NCBI GenBank assembly: GCA_044892525.1
Contig: CM097885.1
Location: forward strand, 237,090,001 to 237,154,000
DNA from: Schmidtea polychroa
Lineage: Eukaryota
Direction: 5' to 3'
Length of the DNA: 64,000 nt
In this document: positions 20,040 through 33,373 of the stretch, one piece after another
How positions within the stretch are numbered: the first letter of the stretch is position 1
Layout: the number at the start of each line of letters is the position of its first letter
Program-made: the position numbers and the translations under genes
Notes under the pieces: generated by a model
Seen by the model: only the letters and a program-made list of their open reading frames with translations
Databases searched by the model: none
Told to the model about the DNA's origin: nothing

Positions 20040-22800
20040 TAACTTGGGAATTATATTTGAGTTTTATGGTCGGACCAGGCATGGAGGATAGTAGATACCA
20101 TGATCAGTGAAAACATATAAAATAATTGCTTAACCTACAGTGACCCACACTTACCGAAACCTGGTATGTCTAATGAAGGCATTATATTCTCATTTGCTTG
20201 TAACATTTCCTAAATCTGTCACAGTATAGAAAGGCAGAAAAAAGAAATATATTTGATGAATCATTAGCAAAATCCAGATAGGCAAAAATTCATAGATAAG
20301 TTATACATTTTTAGATCGTTAGTAAATCTTCAAAGTCGAGGAAAGTCGCATATATATCATTTTCTAGGTCATATTAACGCCACATTATGTTGTATTGGAT
20401 CATTCAATCTACAATCTTTTTAAATACAGATTTGGGACTCCAAACAGTCGTATAAAAAGCCCATTTTGTACTGTCAAGAAATAATCATTTTCCTCTATGG
20501 TTGATCTATGATATTGAAATCTGTAGAAAAAAAGAATATCTTCGGTAAAATAGAGACATGCATTACCTCATTACAGCAATTATATCCAGACAGTTTTATA
20601 ACTTTAATATTTGCTACAAGCTTGTAAAGTACATATCGATTAGATAACCTATGTCCTATATTTTCCAGAAGGATGTGTTTTCGAATTATTTACCGATCAC
20701 GATTTCTTGTTAATCCTGTGCATTCCAATGTAAATCTTGATTGTCGACTGGGAATTAGTATAAACAAAGCTTCGATAACTAGGATTATAAGTAAGTTCAT
20801 GGCCATTGAATTTCAATTCGGAGCTGAGTATGACAAAGTTATGGATGCACAATATTATTGTTTTGACTTATCGTGGATTGATTTCAAAGCTTTTACGAGA
20901 TTTATTATTACTATGAATTACATGGAGAAAAATGAACCGAGATATAATAAGGACGCTATGTTTCTTATTGTAGTATAATGGACAATAAAGGTAAACATCT
21001 AAAGCGACATAGAAGCCCTCGGTGTTTTATAAGATTAGGTGAAACGCCAAGATCATATAATACTTTCATGAATTAGTCATGAAGAGGTTAGAGTCGGAGG
21101 AAAACACACGAATGACAAGTGACATCAATCCATGTTGAATTGAGTATTTCTCTGAATAAAATAAAGTGAGCCGAAGAAGCGTTTGTAAATCAAAACCTGT
21201 AAGGAAACACAACCACTGTTCACGGTTGCATTCTCATAATACTGGATTGTTAAAATTCAGTAACATCGAGATATATAAATTTATGATAGCTGGTGATTGA
21301 ATTTTCTGAGCTGATTCATTGGATCAATGAAGTTTTCCTTCTATCAGTAAAACTAACCTGGCTATGAATCGCAGGAACAGTGATCACGGTGTGAAGATGG
21401 TTACCAGTCCTGTTGTACATTTCCAGCATAATTATTTAGTCATGTAGCAATGGGTACACAACTGACAATATAGTTAAGATTTTGAAGCTTCACTGTGGAT
21501 AAGACGATTGAAATGTTGGTATCTTAGCAACAGACACCCAATAACTGGTAGCCTTAATTCTTATTATGATTACTTTAACTCTTGACCATATACTTTTTGT
21601 TTGCTATTCTGTATCGACGACAGTGTATAATTCAACATCAAACTCGTTTCCAACAATAATGATATCAATTTTATTGATCTGGGAAAAATTCCATGACAAT
21701 AGACCTTACCTTACAAGAGTTTTCATTTCTTCCGCCAAACATATTTAGTTAAAATATGTTTTTTAGTTAAAATTCTATTTATTGCATAAAAAATATATCA
21801 TGCATAATTATTACATCAGCGATAACCATTCGAACTTATTTACGATATTACCATGAAATTTGTCAAAACTTTCAATTTTTGAAGTAAATATAAATAAACA
21901 ACGATATTACCATATTATATGATTCGGTTGGAATTATTGAGTGAATGAAAACCCATTTTTCTTGTTCTGTCATTGATACTGAAGAAGGCAAATTTAATTC
22001 AAAAATTTTCCTTAAACTCATATTATAGGCTAAATTGAAAATTATAAAGAGTAAGGCTAATTTACTTACAAATGTCATGAGAAGTCACAAAGGAAAATGC
22101 ATCTTCTGATAATGTCATATCATCATCACCATCTACTTATTTATAAAACGTATTAATTTATAACTATCTAACCATCATTGAATATATTTTTTATTTTTTC
22201 ATAGTCATGCTTTGTTGAGACTAATACTTGTGGCTGAATTTCGATTATTACTATAACGAATTTAACCAATTATAGTTTAAAATTGTAAAATACAGTTAAA
22301 TAAAATTTCAAATTTATTATCAAACTCTAGATCAGGAACTAGAAAAATTATATCAGATTTTGCATCATAAAATGAAAATCCAATATTTTTATTTTGAATG
22401 CATAAGGCCAAATAAACCTGTATAACTATAATAAATAAATATTAAACGCAATTATACCTCATTAATTTCATCATTCATAGAATTCGTAAATTTGTTTGAG
22501 TCAGGGGTATTTTTAAAAGCCAGTTGGCTCATATTCAAAGTCAAAATATTTAGATATTTTAATAGTTATTTCGATTCTTATTATCAAAATGTATGTTATA
22601 TTGTTACAATAAAACAAAGATTTTTGATTTTAATATTCGTATGAGCTTTTGAGAAATTATGAAGTTTTAAATTTTGATTATAATTTAATGAAAGAATATT
22701 AGTTATAAAATTAAAATAAAAGGAATTTTATTAAAACTAATTATAGCCATAAATTATTTGATAGTGTTTTAGTAGTCTTATTATTTTTTATTATTAAATG

Positions 22801-23521
22801 TGTTGGGTCGCTTAGGGGTGTGTCATTTTAAAATGAAGTAGGGGTATTTATGGATTTCGAATCGACTCCTTCCTAAACGCCTTCATGATGATTGTGTTTA
22901 TATCATCTATGTACCCATGGTGACGACGATGTTGGTGCTGTACACAATGGTTGTACACAATGAGCAGGTGAGCTCTATTGCGAAAACTACTCCTCATGAT
23001 ATTTTTATTGTCGGGTTCTGGACTGTCCATAGAAGGTCTTACGTCGTTGTTCATAATCTATTCTAATTTGAGAGATAAAATTATTAGAGAAAAATTAGAC
23101 AACGTTGGACGAAACGTTGTTGGAGAAATAATTGTGAAAAAAAATGTAAAGAAAACGATTGTGGAGAATAATTAATGGAGAAGAGTTGAAGAAAAGAATT
23201 AGTTGAAAAATAAACAAAAAAGAAATTACTTGAGTATTTGAATAAATTTGTGAAGAAGGTCAGGGAAAACAACCAGTTCAAAGTTCCAGTTGATAAACCA
23301 ATCTGTAATTTGTAATCCTTAAATCCGGTGTTATACGCAAGTACTATTCCTCACCGAGTGTTGTATAAGGCATTGTATAGTCACCAAGCAGAGTGTTGTA
23401 TTTATTGTCATTGTAAAGAGAAAGTTTAATTGTGATTATGAATAAAGATTTCTGTTGTCAAGTGTTATTTGTGGATCTTATGAGTAACATTTAAATTTAT
23501 CACCAACTCAATAACCCAACA
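22801..23521 (+). mobile_element. Probable solo LTR
   Basis: Termini tgttgggt...acccaaca form an 8-bp inverted repeat with TG..CA; AATAAA at about 23441. Flanks aaatg/gtatg match only partly. Confidence 0.65.
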
Positions 23522-25208
23522 GTATGTACTCATTGTCACAGCTTCTTTGTATGAAAATACGAGTCATAACTCCCCTATTTCATTCGATTGTGGTTCTTCG
23601 TATGTAAATACTACCAATAATCCTTCTTAAAATTTCTTTTCATATTATTAATTAATTTATTATCAATTATTTTATTTATTATTATTTTATTTTCTATTTG
23701 GCAGGTTTTTTAAATGCGATATTTCTCTTAACGGTGTAGGTGAGTGCAACTTTCTGCGTTTCTTTTAGCAATTAAATATAAAATTTTAATATATTGAAAT
23801 TTATTTTAATAATTTAATAATTATTTAATTTAACAACAATTCCTACATAAAACTAATTTATTAATTTCTACATTCTATTTACAAGAAATTATTTTAAAAC
23901 ATTCAAAACACAAGTATTCATTGCATTTTGCACATTAAATTTTGGATTCAATGACTTTATAAATAAGCTTTACAAATTACACTTTCCTAATAATTATCGA
24001 AATTTTTTACTAAAATTGTAAAATCAGACATACCTATTTTGCTCACTAATATTGGTAAATGCCTAAAGTCTATAGTGTTCTGGAGCTCAAATATAGAGAT
24101 GACGAGTAGTCCAATGTATGAATAACTGAAATTAGGTAGATTTATAAATTAAAACAAACTAGATATTTATGACTTTTATGTGCGTCTTATTTTAAATATA
24201 AAAGAACTTTGTTCTCACTTCATTATTTCTATGTGAGTCTAAGGACATTTTAGCATTACCACGTCTGAATTAAAACCTGGAATATTCCGAAGGCTCACAA
24301 AATTATTAAGGTTTCAGTCAAACTTATGAACAATTGATTACAATGATTTGATTAACGAATTTGCAACAAAATCAATAGAAAAATCGCTTTTAAATTTCTT
24401 TGTATTATTTTTTTAATTAAAATTAATAAAAATGAATTCAATTAATTTTAAATTTTTTATTAATTTGTATTTTTAGGTTTTTTGCCCAGAGCTTTCAAAA
24501 GTTATTTCAGTGCACTTATTAAAATGCGTACAATATTTCGAGTATATAGTTAAGGACATATACATAAAACCTGTATTCATAAAACATGTTTGACTCAAAA
24601 TGATCTCACTTTTACGTTTTTACCAATGTCGGTTGATTCAAGTGGCATCATATTTAGTTTACACTTTATCAGCTAAATAACAAAAATAAAATTTTCTTTT
24701 CAAAATTTCATATATTGATAATTAATACAATAATTTATAAATTTTTTAATACCATTTATTTACTCTATATTAAAATTTATAAATTTCTTTCTTTCAATTT
24801 TATAATGGAATTTAAATGAACAATAAATGATTAATCTACTTTGAGAAATATAAACAAATTAATAAAAATACAATAAAAAACACTTTGTTGTTTAAATTAC
24901 GTAACCGAGATTGATAAAAGTTATTTATATTATTATTTAAATTTAAAAATCGCACAAGTAAATTTTAAAATTAGACTTACATATAAAAAATAAAGTTTAT
25001 TATTTAATATTTTTTTGAACAATGTTTACAGAAAAGCTAAAGCATTAAAATAAAATGAACATATAGCACAATAAATTTCTTATTAAAAATAGACAACTCA
25101 AATAATAATTAAAAATAAAAATTCATTTACAGAAAAATTATGAATTAACTTTAAAAAATTAAATTCCCATTTATAAAAAGCAGAACTGTTACCCAAATAA
25201 AAAAATAT

Positions 25209-25472
25209 TTATGAATTTTCTTTGATAGAATTCAACTGAAAGGATTGTAAGGTATTCAACTGAGGAATAGATTGCTGGTCTAAGTTTCTGTTATATTCAA
25301 TAACTTTTGGAGGCTGAGAACGCTTGTAGGATTTATACTTCCTGGTTTTGTAGCATTTGTAGAATAGGAGAAAAATTATCCACAGAAGAGCAATGATAGT
25401 TAAAATGACAAAAATTGTGAAAATAATTCCATCTAAATTCGTCAAATCAACTATGGATCCAGTCGTGGTCAT
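25209..25472 (-). CDS. Putative small single-pass membrane protein, or last exon of one
   Basis: 87-aa ORF with a hydrophobic span of about 23 residues followed by a basic stop-transfer cluster (YKCYKTRKYK). A cag acceptor lies just upstream. No family recognised. Confidence 0.4.
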   Translation of the reverse strand: MTTTGSIVDLTNLDGIIFTIFVILTIIALLWIIFLLFYKCYKTRKYKSYKRSQPPKVIEYNRNLDQQSIPQLNTLQSFQLNSIKENS

Positions 25473-25785
25473 AATAATAATAATCTCGCTGATAAGAATA
25501 TATAAACAAATGAAGGTCTTGTCGAATCCAATATATTCATATGATTTATACAGATTAGATTACACAGATTTACATGTTTATTTGATACTGCTGAAATGTA
25601 GATACGGCAAATCATTATTAATTAAATCAAGTGTTTTCAATACATTATTACTATATTTAATAAATGGATGTTTATTAAATTATATAAATATTAGAATTTT
25701 TTAATTATTAAGTCAGGTGACTCTTTGTAGATCAATCCTGAATTAGCTTTAATCTATTTTTTATTAAGATAAGCAAATTTTAATA

Positions 25786-25970
<185 letters not shown>

Positions 25971-26210
25971 GAATTAAAAAGGGAGTTTGAAGACTATAAA
26001 TCAGTAATATATCGATGTTTGTTGATACTCACGAATTTTCGGCACTGCCTTTTTCAAGTGAATTTGATCATTATTGCATTAAATAATTATTGTTGGGGGA
26101 TAATAAATTTATAATATCAATTCACTTGAAAAGGCATTGTCGAAAATTCGTGAATATCAAAAACATTGATATATTATTGATTTATAGTCTTCAAGCTCTT
26201 TTTAATAAAT
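25971..26210. mobile_element. Fold-back element made of two inverted Penelope-like terminal repeats
   Basis: Inverted arms of about 100 bp, each with a hammerhead-like motif; the right arm ends in ..cttcaagctctttttAATAAA. Related copies at 38405, 46591 and 51749. Confidence 0.7.
26120..26155 (+). ncRNA. Minimal type I hammerhead ribozyme motif (U3-A8 variant)
   Basis: attcac-TTGAAAA-ggc att gtc-GAAA-att-c-gtgaat: 6-bp stem I, core, 3-bp stem II, GAAA, AAUU palindromic stem III, UUC cleavage triplet. Confidence 0.65.
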
Positions 26211-26304
26211 AAAAAACTATAATAATACTAATTATAATATTATTAATAATACTAATATATGTAATAACTAATGATAGTGACGTGATAGTGAAAATAATAA
26301 CTAC

Positions 26305-26377
<73 letters not shown>

Positions 26378-26381
26378 TAAA

Positions 26382-26475
<94 letters not shown>
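26305..26475. repeat. (AAT)n microsatellite
   Basis: Direct observation. Confidence 0.97.
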
Positions 26476-26480
26476 TTAAT

Positions 26481-27800
26481 TGTTAGGGATATTTAAATAA
26501 CTAATTTATAAATAAAATATATATTGTATTATAAGTAACAAATACTATTATATAGTAAAAATATTATAAGTAATTATGCTGGCAAGCATAATTATCATTA
26601 TTATTAAATTAATTAATTCACCATTTAAATCGGTTATTCTAGTAATACCAATTACGCAATCAGTTTTTTGAATATATTTCTAAGCAAGTAGACTTAAATT
26701 ATTAACATGGCGACCCTGGAAATGATCAATAAAATGATCTCAGATATTTACGACGACATCGTCGAAGTTTTTATTGGAGGATGCAAGAAGTATTTCCAAT
26801 TATGTGGACCAGAACAGTCCAGCCAAAGTATGATGATCAAATGTTTGATCGCAAGAGAGTTATTGTTGATCTATGGACCAATAGAAGGAAATAAAACTTG
26901 TTTTGAAGACAGATTGAAAAAGGCTTTCAAGAAGCCAACAACGTTAATAAGGGATTTCCTTACCCTCTGCAATTACAAAAAGAACGAGGATACTGCCCCA
27001 GTATATTTCCAAAAAATAAAAAGACCAGTTCTGAAGCACAAATGGAACAAGAAATAATGAATGTCATATTTTTGGGTTAATTGTATAAAAGAAAAGGATA
27101 CACAGAAAGAAATAAAGATGAGAGATGCGATGAGGGTCGACAAAAAAATGTTCGATGAAAAAAATATTGAAGTATCGCGAATTTCAGTTCTAAATAGAAG
27201 AAAGGAAACGTTTGCGAGTATTGTCAAGACAAGACAAGGATTTGTCAATAGACAGAACAAAAGCAGAAATTTTACAAATTCACAAGGCGTGAACAAAGAT
27301 ATGATTCAACACCGATGATAAAAGCAGATAATTTCCAGAACAAATTCCAACAAACAGAAATGCAGATTAGAAACAGACCAGACTTATATATTGTAACTGT
27401 CAGGAGGTGGGTCATATGAGTCCAGAGTGTTGGAAACCAAGGGTTCAGAAATGCTTCTAATGTGGAAAAGAAGTGCATTAATCCAAAGAGTGCAATCAGA
27501 ATGCAGAGATGATATGTTTTGCGTGTAAAGATATTGGACACAACAGAAAAGAATGCTGGTCAATATCGTGGTCAGAATGCGGTAGGAGAGACCAAGAAAG
27601 AGACCCAAACCGATTTCAATGCTGGGACCAGACAGACAGAAAAAGATACACAGATGAGTGTGGACCACCGAAACGGATAAAGGTAGCCGCGTTTCAGACT
27701 AATCAAGCCGAGAACGAAGAAAATACCTCATGTCAAGACGAATACTACCCAAACCGAGAAGCTCCATCTTTATGTGAGATGATCAGAGAAAAAATGAAAC
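26481..27800 (+). mobile_element. Truncated Gypsy element: 5' LTR, PBS and decayed gag
   Basis: LTR tgtta..taaca at 26481-26707, then TGGCGACCCTGG. Frameshifted gag with CFACKDIGHNRKEC and further degenerate knuckles. Confidence 0.8.
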
Positions 27801-28475
27801 CGTTGTGTATCGAAGGTTTGAGAATATTGTTGGGTTATTATTTAACAAGTCGGTTAGTTTCTGACTACTTGTATCCTTTTCCAATCATATAACTAAAATC
27901 CAACACCGAATAATTTTATTCAAACTTTATCGCAATTACAATTAATTACTCGATTGGCACCTTTCTTTCGTAGACAATCTTTATTGTAAAGTAGGTTGCC
28001 CAATATTTAATCACTTTTCTGGTACGATTACGTTATTATTCTCTTTCGCTTTACTTGAATTATTATTTCTATGGGTCTCTTTGATTTCATAACTCTTTCT
28101 AAAATTTCTTTTTTCGACCAACTGGCAACTCGTTTCTTTTTCATCTTTTCATTTTATAATTCTTGAAAAGACCTTATCATTATTACATTAATTTCTCCGG
28201 GGATAACCGACATTTCCCTACTTATTATCGACATTTACCCAACCGTTATTTTAATTCTTGTGGTTATTATCCATAATTCTCTAACGCATTAATTACCCGT
28301 TCTTTTTATCTTCTGGCAGGGATTATTTATTATCCTACCAATTTCGCTCAGTCGAATTCGTTTCACTTTCTAATTAGTAGGGTCTCAATGTGCTCCGGGT
28401 TATCCTCATTACTCGGGTTTCTTATTTGCTCGGGCTTTCAATTAACGATTAATTAATTTTTAATTAGTTTGTTAT

Positions 28476-29602
28476 TGTGGTGATCTTCCATGGGTGGTTT
28501 TGCACCAAATGGAATTTTTGATTAATAAGAAATTTTGTTTGGTGCAGAACCACCCATGGAAGACTACCACATCAGTTCCTACGTTTTCACCCTTTTGACT
28601 GGCAAAATACTCCTTCCAGGACAACCGGTTCATCACCAGCTCAATTGATTTTTTGGAATATCTACTACTTTGCTGAATCAACTTGTTGACTTTGATAACT
28701 CTCCAAGTTTCGAAGATATCTCAATCGCTAGGGATTATGTTTTATCCATGGGCAGTAATCCCAGTTTCTTTTCGGTATCCACATACAAACCATACGTCCC
28801 AGCAACCTTTGAGAAAGCATCGCATGTTTACGTTCGGAACATTTCAGATTCAAGTCTGCAACCTAGATATTCAGGACCATATAAGCTTATCAAAATCAAG
28901 AATAACAATACCAAAGTTATCATTAATGACTCGAAGCAGACCTTTAATCTCTGCCGTTTAAAATGAACACTTGTTTTGCTTGACAACACATCTTTCTTCG
29001 ATGATTATTTTACTCCGATAAACAAATTTCCAGAAACCGAGAACTCATGCATCTAAGAATTATTACTTCCTATTGAAGATAACCGCATACTTGATTTCTC
29101 TTCGGATGGCACTCTGAGACTCCAAGCACAACTACTTTGCATCCCATTCTTAAGAAAGCAAAGCAAATTCCTAACCAGACGAAGAAAGTTGCATATGGAA
29201 ACTGGGTTCAGATCCATTCTGCCAATCAAAGGCCCAACACGCCAACCAAACTAGCCAGATTTCATTATCTGAATAACATTCATCATCAATTGTTGCACAA
29301 CACTTTTTTCACCATTCTTGATAACATAAATTAATATATTTTATTTATATTTTAAACAAATATATATGCCCGGGATATTTTTTTATCTATGGTACAGTAA
29401 TACTCATGCGCTCCTTTTTTTCCAAAGGGAGCTGATGTGATGATTTCCCATGGGCGGTTCCGCACCAAATGAATTTTTGATAAATAAAAATTAAATAGAC
29501 TAAAAACAAACTTTATTTAACGTTTGCTTTAATATTATATGTTTATGTTATATTATGTTTTTTTGAAAGTAAAATAAAGAATTTTTTCATTTAAATACTA
29601 CA
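28476..29602 (+). mobile_element. Rearranged 3' end of a Gypsy element (integrase tail, PPT, LTR)
   Basis: SHVYVRN..SSLQPRYSGPYKLI (GPY/F module) at 28670-28966. PPT aaagggag, then LTR tgtg..taca at 29436-29602. Two more copies of the LTR start form a palindrome at 28476-28571. Confidence 0.75.
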
Positions 29603-30104
29603 AAAGCGGCTTCTTTCAAAAACGTTTCAAAATATGATTAATGATTTATCATATTATCTATATTCTAAAATATGCATCCATATTTCAATATTAGCAATTT
29701 TATTCTCGCAATTTTCTGCCGATCTTCACAATCATATGCTTAATGAAAAAGTTGCAGAGGTGAAAAAATATATTTCCCGGGATTGATGAAGCAAATTATG
29801 GGATTTCCTGAGTCGTATTTAGTATGTATCGTTGCATGAACGATGAAATACACTGTAATTGGAGTTCTTATGGGAAAACTGATTTAAAACCAATTTACAA
29901 TTTACCTAATCTTCGTGGTCTGAGTTTGCATGAGTTCAGGTGCATATTATTTAGCTGGACATTATTTTTTATTTTTTACATTTTATAAATTTTTAATTAA
30001 TTTTTTGCACTTTTGTTATTTCGGTGTTTTTATTGATTTTTGTTCTACTTCCGGTTTATTTTGTGCTTTTATACATTACTCCCAAGAATATATGCCTATT
30101 GAAA

Positions 30105-30398
<294 letters not shown>

Positions 30399-30923
30399 GG
30401 TGAAAGATAAGAACGAATATAATAATTTCAAATAATTTGTAGTTGCAAAAGGCTCATTATATCAAAAGTACATACTAATTATTTAATTATAAAAAATTAA
30501 AAAGATTAATTAATTGTCAATACTTAGCTAACAAAATTAATATTACATTATAAAAATATAAATCTAAATATTGAAACAATTATTTAAGATCTTAAATTTA
30601 TTTTAATATTTATTTTCTAAATCAGTCGAATTTAAGTCCAACTGTTTATTTATTTAAATATCACAATTAATGAGGTTTAAAAATAAATTTGCACCGCACT
30701 CAAAAATCAATAAATTTCTCGATTTCCATTTTTATTGGATTTCGAATATCGAAATAAATTCCAACAGATTATACAAACAAATTTACAAAGCTCTAAACAA
30801 TGCTTATTATTCATTTAAAATTGTAACTTTTCTACGTCATATTCATAACGTTGTTAATAATAAATCCTTATTTTCACAATCATTTTCCAATTGAAATTGA
30901 CAAGTACCAGATTTACATTCGAC

Positions 30924-33373
30924 ATGTCAGAGAATTGTGAAATTGCAAAGGAAAATGCCAACTCTACGAATATCAGTTCCACATTGCATGATTGCATTGA
31001 TAATTTTCGAAAGAACGAATTTCGACGACGAGCTTCCTCAATAACAACGATTGGAAATCGTTTGAAGAAAAGGAGAGAATTGCACATAAGACGGAAAATC
31101 TGTGCAGATCTTTGCTTGGGATTTGCAGTTCTGGGAATATTTGTTATGGTTATCAGTTTGGAATTAAGATTTTCTAAAATTAGGAGTATGGGTATCTCTC
31201 TGCAATTCATACAGTTGCTATTGAGCATCCTGACGATTATCCTAGTTGTTATTTTGATAATTTATCACGTAACTGATCTGAAAGTATTCATGATTGACAA
31301 TTCTCTTTCCGACTTTCGAGTCGCGATTAGTTATAAACGGCTCGGACAAGTGTGCTTGGAAATATTTATATGTCTTTTGCACCCAGCCAATTATGGCAAT
31401 GAACAAAGTGCAAATACGACAATGATGAATGACATTTTGGGCATGGGAATGTTCCTAAAACTGTATTTGGTTGGTAGAGTCATGGTTCTTCATAGTTGGA
31501 TAAATCAAAATCTTTGGACACAAAGTTTAGGAACAATGAATAAAATAAATTTTGATTTCCGATTTGTTCTTAAATCCGCGATGAATCTGTATCCAGTTAG
31601 CATAATTCTTTTTCTGATCGTAATTCTTCTGTGTTGGTGTAGTTGGGCGGTAAGAGTTTGTGAAATTGAAAGGCCAGATGGGATATTTTTGATGAAAAAC
31701 AGTATGTGGTTAATTTCAATAACATTCCTTGGGGTAGGTTACGGGGACATTGTTCCTTTGACGACATGTGGACGAATTGTCGCTGTCATGTCAGGTGGGG
31801 TATTCTAATTGTTTGCTTAATTTATAAGTCTCAGTTAAAAGTTAATAAATTAAATTAGGTCTTTTTATATATCATTATTGATAATATTTACACTTGGTGA
31901 TAACATTACTCTAGTTAAGGTATAGTCTTAAAATGTAAAATGAATTAATTAATAAGATAATTTTGGGAATAATTAATACATTATATAAATTTTAAACGTA
32001 AAATTAAAACAATAAATACTAACATAAAAAATTTTAAAAAATATTTAATAAATGAATTAAAATCTTTTGGTATTGTTGCATGAAAAAGTATTTGACATTT
32101 ACAATGTTTAATGTTTGGATAATTCTGAAATAGAATTGAAAATCATATTAGAATCCAAAATTAACATGAAAATAGATTATAATTAATTAAGAAAAATACT
32201 TTAAAAATGAAATAATTTCTAAATAAATAATTAGTTTTAAATTATTAAAATTATAAAGTGGTAAATATTATTTAATATATTATTTTTGTGATTAGTATTA
32301 CAAAATAAAAAATATCGTCTCCTAATTTGAGTTGGATTATGGCTTCTGCTAACTCGAATATAATAAGCAAGAAACAGCAAAAACAAAGAAAGTTTTTTTC
32401 TTTTGTGGTTCTCTCCTTTAATTTACTAAATTTTGTTTCATTATTTAAAAAATAGAATTTTCTATAAATATTTTATGTAGGCTGTAGGATTTCTCTGTGG
32501 TGCAGTTCGTGGTACCAAATCCATTAAAAACTGTTTATTTAAAACATAAATAATTCAAACAAGTGATTAGTTTTAACTTAAAACTAATCAAAACATAAAA
32601 CTGAATATTTTAACAGTAGTAATGAATATTTTGAAACGGTATGAACCTTTTTAAGAAGTTCATCTCAGTTTTCTATTACTATTTATTCACGGAAATACAG
32701 TGGAAACTAAATTTATTTGCGGGACGCAGAGCTAAAATATCGGACTTGAAAATTAGGGACGAATGATCACTCTAATTTTATATTTCAAAGTTTAAATAAT
32801 AATTTTAAGTCGCCTTAAAAAATTTTTAAATAATTTCAAAAGATTTGTAAATATACTAGAAGCTTTATTCTTAATTTTACAATTAATAATTTTATTACAA
32901 CTTTAGGAATTTTTGGAGCTGGAATCACAGCTTTGACAGTAGCGATTTTGGCGAAAAAATTGGAATTTACCAATTCCGAAAGCTATGTACATTATTTTAT
33001 AATTAGTTCAAAACTAAACAAATCTCTGAAAATAGCTGCAGCAAACATTGTGAAACGTGCATGGAAGTTGTATAAAATTAAGACAATAATCAGATCAAAC
33101 GAGTCAATGTATGATCGAAGCAAAAGTGAATCAATATTGTGCTGTGAAAGGAAATTGTTTCAGGCCATTTATGCGATCAGGGATATCAAAAATGGATTGA
33201 AACAAGTCAGCGACGAATCAGTTGTAAAGTGTGATGTAAAAAAGATAAATCTGAATCTTCAAAATAATATTGAGAATTTGAAAGATCAAGTCACTTCAAT
33301 AGAAAATAAAATGAATGAAATAAGTACGAATATAAAAACACTTATACAAATAAATCAAGTGAAAAATAAATGA
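30924..33373 (+). CDS. KCNN: Small-conductance calcium-activated potassium channel (SK/KCNN family)
   Basis: Exons 30924-31794 and 32907-33373 join in frame (MSG-IFGAGITAL). Motifs IGNRLKKRREL..ADLCLGFAVLGI, VFMIDNSLSDFR, NKINFDFRFVLK, NSMWLISITFLGVGYGDIVP, CaM-binding KIAAANIVKRAW, C-terminal coiled coil. Start codon uncertain. Confidence 0.95.

Noticed and set aside
20050..21760. Missing MSH5 5' exons
   Set aside because: The minus-strand frames I translated do not resemble the MSH5 N-terminus and contain stops.
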